Made by a program: the position numbers and the translations under genes. The notes under the pieces were generated by a model. The model was not told the origin of the DNA, did not search any database, and saw only the letters and a program-made list of their open reading frames with translations. DNA of 64,000 bases, taken from contig OZ316891.1 of the NCBI GenBank assembly GCA_973895155.1, positions 1,479,324 to 1,543,323 on the forward strand. The letters are read 5' to 3'. Origin of the DNA: Marsupella aquatica (taxonomy: Eukaryota; Plantae; Marchantiophyta). This document shows, in pieces, positions 13,383-22,579 of this stretch (position 1 is the first letter of the stretch; each line of letters opens with the position of its first letter).

Positions 13383-13724
13383 TCAAACAAATGTGTTGGG
13401 CTTGGTGGCCTTGTAAGTCGTCTTTAGCTTTCGTGATGGAGGTTGAATCTTGCGGTACGTCAAGGGGAACTTGATCTTTGAATCATGGAATTGCTTGGTA
13501 CTTTCTCGCTTGCACAGAGAGACAGGGACTGTCGTAGTCTTGATGATCTGGATGCAAGGGAACCGAACTCTATGACAAGAAGCCATCTCATCGTACATCT
13601 GCTCTACAACGATGTTCAATGTGGTATCACGATATTTCTTGTACATGTTGGGATAACCTGTACGACTCTGATACCTCACCCAGATATCGAAGTTCTTAAT
13701 TGTGGTGGGCTTCTTTTCGAAGAT
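13383..13724 (-). pseudogene. RPL18A: Captured last exon of 60S ribosomal protein L18a (eL20), with upstream splice acceptor, inside the CACTA element
   Basis: cag|[37 protein letters not shown]...[15 protein letters not shown]. No 5' exons are recognisable nearby, and several normally conserved residues are substituted. Confidence 0.9.
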
Positions 13725-14732
13725 CTGGTAGACACATTATTCAGCATTTGCTAACTTCAAAACTAGAAGGGTAACACATTAAACAACAGATAAACTCACA
13801 ACATCCTCCTTTGGTCCTTCAGAGTCTGTACTTTGATTATGAAGTTTGACTGAGTTTATGTTTACTAAAAGAATGTGACTGTGTAAGAGTTCCGTTTGGC
13901 AGTGGATTGGTTGAAGCACTTCATGCTAGTGTGTTGTCTACAGCTCTTCAACCAGCTTTCGTCTTCCTTGTCTTTCACCACTTACGATGACATCAATTCA
14001 GCTAAGACCATAGAAGGTTCCAAAGCATCTAACTTGTAAAATCGCATTCTGTTACATCAAGGACTAAGGTGTTGGGTGCCAAAGGAGACAGCACAACAAA
14101 CACGCTGAAAAGACTTCAGGACTGGGTTCAACAAGGTAGTGAAGGTGCTTAGAGCCTAGTAAGTATGCATTCTGTATCTTTCTCTGTTGATGTGAGCTTG
14201 TGCATAATGGGAGTTGTAGTTGGCAAGAGTTCCAAATATGAATAGATCCAGAAGTATGTGATCATGTACTTGCTCTATAAAGTTATGAAGATATAAGCAT
14301 TTTCTGTTAGACCAGGCAACTTGGGAGTTGGTAAGTGTCACCTGCATCTGAGGGGCTACACCGGGGGCATCAGTGGAGGTTCACTTGCACAACACGACAA
14401 CCAGTGAATTTTCTCTCTGCTGCAACCTGCAAGGTGAGACTTTCGGTCTTTCTGGATGAAAAAACAGGATTTTAATACGATTGATATACATGTCCGTCGA
14501 GAATATGGGTTTATCACCAAGCTCTTTGTCTTAGGAAACTCATAAACTTAGAATCAAATATGTACTATGCACGTTTCATGCTATGTGTATACTATGACCT
14601 GTAGTTGGAACCAAGACAATGAGTGGGAACTGATTAGTTTAGGTGGTTGCTGTTGGCGAGGCAAGTCAACCTCCTGCTCACCTTGCTCATCAAAGGACGT
14701 GAACAGAGGACATCACAACGAAAGCAACACTT

Positions 14733-15182
14733 ATGGTGAGGACCCGCAACGCTGAACATGTGCGACTTGCACGCAAGGCAGAGATGTTGCGCCTTGAGTA
14801 TGTCAGACTTGGGATCCTTCCAGCCCAGTCTGCATGGTACTTTGAGTACCCTGTTGTTTCCAGGAACAACTACAGCCGGCCTCTACCTGCTTCAGTACCC
14901 TTCCTGACATCCTTGGTATTTGTGTCTCTTGTACATGCCCCGCCACAAATTAGGTGCCAAGGGTGTGTACACAGTTGCCAATATGACTGTCCTGCCTGTA
15001 GGGCTTCTGGCCCAGAATTGGATGACCGTTCTCTTGGATGCCGATTTTTGCACAGAGCACAATGTATCATCTGGAACCACTCGCCATCTTGCAGTGTGCC
15101 TGGTGATGTCACTTGTCTAGCCCTCCCAGACCCCACCACCGGTGACTTTGGTGTCTACACATGTTTGGATCACATGCTCTAG
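14733..15182 (+). CDS. CACTA accessory gene 1: 149-aa Cys/His-rich putative zinc-finger protein of unknown family
   Basis: ATG-initiated intact ORF with CxxC-x3-C-x3-CxxC ... C..HxxxC ... YxCxxH spacing; co-oriented with the other element genes. Confidence 0.55.
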   Translation: MVRTRNAEHVRLARKAEMLRLEYVRLGILPAQSAWYFEYPVVSRNNYSRPLPASVPFLTSLVFVSLVHAPPQIRCQGCVHSCQYDCPACRASGPELDDRSLGCRFLHRAQCIIWNHSPSCSVPGDVTCLALPDPTTGDFGVYTCLDHML

Positions 15183-15799
15183 AGGACCACTTGTCACACC
15201 GCATGCACAGACCAGATACCATTGACCTATAGCTTAACACTCTGACTTCAACACAGAGGATATTTACTTAAAATTTTGATGTATGAGCAATTTTGGGTCC
15301 AGGGTTTAGGGTCAACAGTACATAACTTATATCCTATTATGCCTGCACTAAGCAAAATATCCTAATTTAAGAGGCTAGCAAACTCGCATAAAAGTCTCTA
15401 TTGAAAGACTGCTTTCATGACTGCTTTAACCTGGTGAACATTGCAACGTTCAATGAATTAATGGGCCATGTGATAACCTGTAAAATGTGATTTATGCATC
15501 ACTTATTTGTCTCAGCCACTATCATAGCCTATTTAGGATGTATAAATTTCAACCCTTATGACACTGCTTCATACCAATCCTCTTCGAAGAATGCGCGTTT
15601 TACATGTCACGACTATTGTATGTGATTCAAATGCATGAAATGTTGTTGCAGATCTCCTTTGGTGAATCATAGCCACAATTAAAATTGAGGTGTTGGTGGA
15701 GCAATTGTATTAGGGGATCAGGTTTGTGTGTGGGCTCAACATACCAAAAGTATGTCTGCTCTGCATCCTTGTGTGGCCATTCCAATTCATTGCAGTAGC

Positions 15800-15943
15800 A
15801 AATGCCTTTGTACCTTAAATGCTAAATATATTTTACTTTCTGTGCAGTCTGCTAAATTGTAGAGTCTATCTAAATGCCTTTGTACCTTAAATGCTAAATA
15901 TATATTACTTTCTGTGCAGTCTGCTAAACTGTAGAGTCTATCT
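15800..15943. repeat. 72-bp tandem duplication (2 near-identical copies)
   Basis: AAATGCCTTTGTACC...GTAGAGTCTATCT at 15800-15871 and 15872-15943. Confidence 0.9.
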
Positions 15944-15954
15944 CATGCGCAGGC

Positions 15955-16639
15955 ATGGCATGACCTAAAATTCAAGCCAAAAAGCGTGTGACAGAGGTGA
16001 GAAACACAGGTGTACTTGGGGCAGATGTTACTAATTAACTTCTCTGCAAGTCAGATTTTCCAGAAGGCAGCTCATTGTTGTGCCATTTGTGACGATGGTG
16101 GGGGCCTGGTCATTTGTGAGGGCCCTTGCATGAGACATTTCCACCTCAACCTGGAGTCTGACCTTGCTGCAGAAAACAACTGTCCAGGGGTGGGCCTCCC
16201 GTCAACACACCAGGGAGACTGGATGTGCACTGATTGTTTGGAGAAGCAGGCTAAGTGTGCACAGTGTGGGAAGTTGGGGTCCTATGAGGGCTCTGTTGAT
16301 GCTGCAGCAAATGTTAGGAAATGTCCAGACCGTTTTTGTGTGAGATTTTTCTGTTTTGAGTGTTTGCCTGCTCATGCCACAGCTTGCCCACTTCATAGGT
16401 GCAAGGCATGTGGTGAGCATGATCATGAGTACTGGACTGACATAGTCCACTGTGCTAGGTGTCCCACCATGTGGCACTATCATTGCCTGAAAGATCGTCA
16501 AGCAGAGGGTTATGCTTGTGATAGAGAAATCTATGATCACTCTGCACATGGTGTTGATCGATGGATATTTTATTGTCATCGCCATGCCATTGATCCTACC
16601 TTGCGCACTCCTGTGAGAGATCACATATCTTGGCTGTGA
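15955..16639 (+). CDS. CACTA accessory gene 2: stand-alone EDM2-like atypical PHD-finger cluster (predicted exons 15955-15996, 16055-16639; codon 3 is TGA in this copy)
   Basis: CAICDDGG-LVICEGPCMRHFH, CxxCGKLGS, CPLHRCKAC, CARCPTMWHYHCL and IFYCHRHAIDPTLRTPVRDHI align in order with the PHD region of Arabidopsis EDM2 as recalled (CAICDNGG..CEGSCLRSFH; CPLHKC; CRRCPKSYHRKCL; IYCQEHEIDEELLTPVRDHV). Confidence 0.85.
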
Positions 16640-17230
16640 AGCTGAACATTGTACATGCACAGTGCACCTGATGTGGATGTACTATTTTTTGAGATTGCAG
16701 AGATTCCAATTTTGAAAAGGAGTTGGGTAGGCGAGTTTATATAGGCAGCACTTATCTTGTGCTCTGGCGTCAGTGGCTGGTACATGCCTATAAAAACTTA
16801 TCCTTACAAGCCTTCTTGGAAGTATTTAGGCTGAGTGGTCATTTTCATAAACACTTTCATCAGACTGCTAAATTAAAACAGGACTTCTAAGTTGTAAGCG
16901 TATAAATTATCAGGCATGCGATTAATCAAATTGCCCTATAAGTTTGTCATTGAACGTATCCTCCTTTACAACAAAATATGTATGTGCCATGACAAGTTGG
17001 TTGCACTTCATTTCACCTTCGATATGGATTTTGTAGTATATATTCAAACAATGTCCTGCATCCGTGCAGGTGCCTAGTACGTATTGTTCACATATCCCTT
17101 GTACCTATCAAAATTGGACCTGAGCACCAGTGGGCCAGATCAACTCAAAAAGCAGGAATTTTGTTGTCCTTGTATTGTCAGGTGAACCTATTCTTCCAAA
17201 ATTCACTGTCATCACGTAGGGTGTGTGTAC

Positions 17231-18103
17231 ATGGAGCCTGGGAAACGTAGAAAGTGTGACCACCCAGCAGTGTTTACAGGGGTCAGAGCCATTTTGGTCC
17301 ATGGCCAGCATGGGTTGACCAAAGTGCATTGGCCAACTGTACAGAAACAATTCTCTGAGCTCCATGGCACTGTAGTTCAGGACATCACTCCAGAGACTAC
17401 ACATGTTGTTGCAGGGACATGGCTATCAGTGATAAAGAAGTGGTCATGGTCCTACATGAATTCTGCAATTACTAAGCAAGGCCTAAAAGTAGTTGAGGCC
17501 TCTTGGATCACAGATTCCATAGCACATCAGATTGTACAGGATACTGAGCAATATGAGCTGTGGGAGGATGAAGAAGCTACTGCATCAGCTTGGGCTGAAC
17601 AAGAAGTCTGGGAAGCAAAGGCACGGCTTGCTGATGTCCAATATGGACCTGTACTCAACAAAGGACAGAGCTCTAGAAGGCTGAAGAGTATGTTGGTTGA
17701 GGAGACGAAGCAACCAACCCCCATTCTGAAAGGGCTGAGCATGGTATTTGTGGAGGCGGGAATTGGAGAGGTTAAGTGCAAAGTGTACAAGTCCACGGTG
17801 CTTGACCTAGGTGGGACAGTGGAGGAGAATATAACAGAGGACACCACTCATGTCATTACTAAGTCATATCCCAAAGCCTGCCGCAAGTTTGGGAAAGGAG
17901 ACATTCGCTTTTATGTCATGTCCCATAATATGTTTGTGGTTTCATATGCTTGGCTTGTGGAATCAGTAGCAGCTGGGAAGTGTCAAAACCCAATGGACTA
18001 TGATCTTTTTGAGGCCTGGCCACGGAAGGGTCAGGATCCTTACAGAGAGGACTATGAGACAACAAGTGAGGAATGGGTCATTAGCGATTCTGAATCAGAG
18101 TGA
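17231..18103 (+). CDS. CACTA accessory gene 3: intronless protein with two BRCT domains (DNA polymerase lambda-type BRCT), basic NLS-like N-terminus and acidic tail
   Basis: Two repeats with BRCT hallmarks: FTGV...LHGTVV..ITPETTHVVA...VVEASWITDS and LKGL...LGGTVEENITEDTTHVIT...VVSYAWLVESVAAGK. N-terminal KRRK. Confidence 0.82.
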   Translation: MEPGKRRKCDHPAVFTGVRAILVHGQHGLTKVHWPTVQKQFSELHGTVVQDITPETTHVVAGTWLSVIKKWSWSYMNSAITKQGLKVVEASWITDSIAHQIVQDTEQYELWEDEEATASAWAEQEVWEAKARLADVQYGPVLNKGQSSRRLKSMLVEETKQPTPILKGLSMVFVEAGIGEVKCKVYKSTVLDLGGTVEENITEDTTHVITKSYPKACRKFGKGDIRFYVMSHNMFVVSYAWLVESVAAGKCQNPMDYDLFEAWPRKGQDPYREDYETTSEEWVISDSESE

Positions 18104-18635
18104 GGAGTAGTAGCATCAGTTTGGACACAAGTTTTTTTGTATAAATCAGATCATTGAAATAAATGTGATCTTTGAACTAATGTACCTTGTTATGGTTGGT
18201 GGCAGTTGGGCTTATTTTACTGTTGGCGGATTGTTGTTTCTTGCTGCCTGGGGGTGTCACTGTAAACGTACTGGGTGGGCTCAAATCTCGGCGGTGAGAT
18301 ATCTGATACCGCTCTCACACCTATGCCTATGACTATACATGATTGGACTCTGATATGGTCATGGGTGTACATGTAGAGGCGGTACATTTGAGGACAGCTG
18401 TGGAGGTGGTGACACCCTCAAACATTGAGGAATTTTGTGTCATTCACTTGACAATAGGTACACTACTCGCAAACCTGTTTTTTTCTTTTGGGGTGGTTTA
18501 GGGTTTGTGAGAATTTATTACACGTTATGTTAACTCTTTTGGCACATACAGTCAGGGATGTATGGAACACAAATACCACCATTAGGCATCCCTGTTCACT
18601 GCTGTCCATGACTGCAGAGCTTCCAGCCTGTTACA

Positions 18636-21600
18636 ATGCACCCTGGTCACCACCCTCCCCAAACCCAGCCCAGGGCACAGGCACTGCCTTTGCATCATCC
18701 CACAAGGATATCACGCCATGATAATAAGCTTTGGCAGCGTGAAAGGTTACGAACCAGACTTTCAGGAGCCAGTAGGATGAGATGTCCTTGTGCAATCTGC
18801 CAAGGATCCCGTACCAGGGGTCTGAATGAGGTTTGGCGGCATATCGCGGTTCATGGAAGAGATCCACGACATCGAGTTTGGAATGATCCTGCAGAGGAAG
18901 ATTCTTCCGACGAGGAGTGGAGGTTAGAATTTGATGCTGCCAATGCTGCAAGACGGGCAAGTGAGGTTCTGCCTCGTGCATTTGAAAATGTTGTAGCTGG
19001 TCTCTGTGGGTTGTCAGCTCTCCAACGGGATGGTGCTCAGGCAGCACCACGTGACGAAGGAATTCATGTGGAAGAGATGGTGAGAGACATCTTCCAAGAC
19101 TTGGATGCATTTCATGATGGGCTGGACAATGAAGAGGATACGGCTGCAGATGCAAGTGTGCCCCCTGTCGAAGTGCCTCTTGATGAGTTTGAGATAGGGC
19201 AGGAAACCCCTGGGCATGATGGGATGTTTGGCTCTCCACTACAAATACAGGAAGGCAGGAAGTCTTTGTACCCCGGTAGCAAATGTTCTAAACTGGGATT
19301 TTTCATCATGTTCCTGAACATTTGCGGCAACCACAATGTCCCCAACGTTTTGGTTTCTGAGTTGTTGGCATTCTTGCGAACAACTGTGCTACTAGATGGT
19401 AATATTTTGCCCAAGAACATGTACGAGGCAAAAAGATGCATATCTAATCTTGGATTGAACTATGATTCGATCCATGCCTGTCCTGATGGGCATGTTCTTT
19501 TCAGAAAGGAGTATAAAGAATCGTTGACATGCCCTAAGTGTGGGAAGCACAGGTATCGGAACTCAGGAGTATAAAGAATCGTTGACATGCCCTAAGTGTG
19601 GGAAGCACAGGTATCGGAACTCAGGAAAGTCTATGGTTCCCGCCAAGGTACTTCGTCATTTTCCACTCATTCCCAGACTTCAGCGGATGTTCAGAAGCCG
19701 TGCCATCTCGGAGATGATGACTTGGGCAACTGACAAGAAAAGTGATGATGGGCTACAACGACATGCTGCAGATTCAAGGCAATGGAAACTCATAGATGAG
19801 ATGTATCCCGAATTTGCTGCTGAGCCAAGGAATGTCAGACTTGGGCTGTCATTGGATGGGGTAAACCCATTTGGAGACAAGAACAACAAATTTTCGTGCT
19901 GGCCTGTAACTATTTTGAATTATAACCTTCCTCCTTGGATGACTACAAAGCGATTTTTTGTTTTGATGGTCCTACTGATACCAGGGCCAGACAGTGCTGT
20001 ATCTGCCAACATAGATGTGTTTCTGGCTCCCCTAGTGGAGGAATTGAGAAAGCTTTGGGAGGAAGGAGTTCTCACATATGATGTCCTACAGAGGCTTGGG
20101 AGGTTAAACCCATTCATCCTTAGAGCCATTGTCATTCTGACTATAGCTGACTACCCAGCCCATGGGATGATATCAGACCAAACAACAAAAGGATATTGTG
20201 CTTGTACTATCTGTGGGCGCAATGTCACGAGTGAGTACTGCAGAGCCCTGCAGAAAGTGATATACATGGGCCATCGTCATTTTCTGAAGGCAGATCACCC
20301 TTACAGAGAAAGACAGGCACTGATTGCACACTTTGGCAATGAGATTGAGCAACGTGGACCCCCGGCACGAGTGACCAAAGAGGAGATCAGGCAGTGGGGA
20401 GCACTGAGGGATGACTATATCAAACGAGGGGGCAGGGAAGATGGAGTGAGTGATCCAATAAAGCGATATGGTGTAAAAAGACTGAGCATATTGGACTTGG
20501 AGCTCAAGTACTGGAGGGTAAGCCTCTTGGAGTTGATGCTAATTGGGATACATGTTTTGGTTCAGAGCATGCATTCATTTCGAAGAGAGAGACTAAACTT
20601 GAGGCATTTCCTGACGCTTTTGCATTGCAACGATGCAGGAGTTTGAGCCAAGCAAACATAACATTGATGTTATGCACATTGAAAAGAATATTTGTGAGAG
20701 TCTACTCAGATTCTTGTGTGGAGAGAAAGACACTGGTTCAGTGAAATTGGATCTTGAACAGAGGGGAATGAAACCCCATCTTTGGTTGAGGCCACATGCC
20801 CACAGAGCTGATGTGCTCTTGAAGTACCAAGCACCCTATGTTCTGACAGACACAGAGTGGGAACTATTTGTGCAGAGGTTGAGTTCTTTGAAGGTTCCTT
20901 CAAACTATGGCAGTGCTTTCAAGAAACATATCATGACTAGAAAGCTTGGTAGTATGAAAAGCCATGACTACCATATGTTGATGCAACAGGTGTTGCCTTT
21001 ATGCCTGAGGGGCCTGTTGCAGAAGCCTGTTCGTACTGTGATCATGCGACTCAGTGATGTGTTTCGTCGTATTTGTGTGAAGGTTTGGGATGAAACACAC
21101 TTCCCACAACTGACAGAAGATGTCGCTCAGGTGCTGTGTGACCTGGAGATTTATTTTCCTCCCGCATTTTTTGATGTCATGACCCACCTACTTGTCCATG
21201 TTGTGGAAGAGCTACACCAATTTGGGCCTGTGAGTGCTCGTTGGTTGTACCCTTTGGAACGGTACATGAAGCTACTCAAAGGTCACGTGAGAACATATTA
21301 CAAACCTAAAGCAAGCATGGCTAAAGGTTACATCAAGGATGAGACTCTGGGATTTCTGACCGAATACATAGCACAATATGAGCATGTGAAGACCAGGGTG
21401 TGGAATTCTGATGAGGAGGAAGGGGTGATAGGTGAAGTACTGGAAGGGGCTGCAACCACAAAGAACCTGACCATATCTATGAGAGACTTGGCACATGACT
21501 TTGTATTGCACAACACTGTGGTGATGGAACCCTGGATACAGTGAGTGCATACATGTGCTATAATCCAGTTCATGAGCTTAAATGTTGTGTTCGTGTGGTT

Positions 21601-22312
21601 TTCTCCTTTAGCCTGTTCATGTTTACCCAAGCTAATGCTGTGTGGTTGTTCGTTCAGGGAGTATGAGTCATTGAAGGCAGCCCATCCCACTGCAGGAACA
21701 ACTTTTCCAGGTTTCATGGAGTGGATCAGAGTGGCAATTAGAGAGCATCACGAGACCCACCCAGACATGGATGCAGATGTTTACCTACTGTCTAATGCCC
21801 CTAGCCTGAAAGTGAAGACTTACAAACGGATGAGAGCATATGGGAATCACTTTCGAGTGAAGGATGGTGACAGTGCCTACAGGGTGACGAATGACTGCGG
21901 GCTCATCACTGTATTTGAGCAACAGAGCCACAATCACGACAGGGCCTGGATGGAGATGGGATATGTGGGAGAATTAGTTGACATATGGGCTCTGGACTAT
22001 GGGGCGGTGTCCAGTCCTGTGATTCTTATGAAAGGTTCATGGGTGCGGCAGGATTGGCTTGGTAACAGGGCTACCATGAAGAGAGACAACGACGGTTTCT
22101 TGCTGGCCAATTTCAGAGGGAAATTGCCCGAATGGTCTGAGCCATTTGTGTTTCGTAGTCAGGTGGAGCAAGCTTTCTTCCTGGATGTGGAAGACTCCCC
22201 AGGTTGGCGTGTAGTGTGTCATAAACAGGCCAGGCAACGTCGGATGGAAGGATCAAACCTTGAGTTTCATTTACACTCTCATAGTGCCTTTGATCATCGG
22301 CGTTCAGACTAA
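18636..22312 (+). pseudogene. CACTA TnpD transposase (Transpos_assoc, Transposase_21, DUF4218, DUF4216), frameshifted by a 58-bp duplication; introns about 20518-20638 and 21542-21657
   Basis: CPCAIC..H, IHACPDGH, LRHFPLIPRLQRMF, RNVRLGLSLDGVNPF, DVMHIEKN, MKSHDYH, FFDVMTHLLVH, YPLERYM and EPFV..SQVEQAFF motifs. Confidence 0.95.
19508..19623. repeat. 58-bp perfect tandem duplication inside TnpD
   Basis: GGAGTATAAAGAATC...TATCGGAACTCA at 19508-19565 and 19566-19623; shifts the reading frame. Confidence 0.95.
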
Positions 22313-22579
22313 GTGCCTGTAGTTCATGATAGCGGGGACTTCATTCCTGTGACAAGGGTAGATGCATTTGCTAAAGGAGGCGAATTCAAAGATGCAGATG
22401 CCAACAGTGTGCCTGTGCCATGAGTAATGTGAATTGTTTGCATGGACATTAGTGAGGGGAAGGATGTGTAATAAAGTAATTCTAATGCAACACAGATGTA
22501 TGGATGGATGCCTGGTGATTGTGGTTGCATTGTGTTATACGGGGTGATCATAGATGACATGTTTTTGTGGTCCAGTAGG

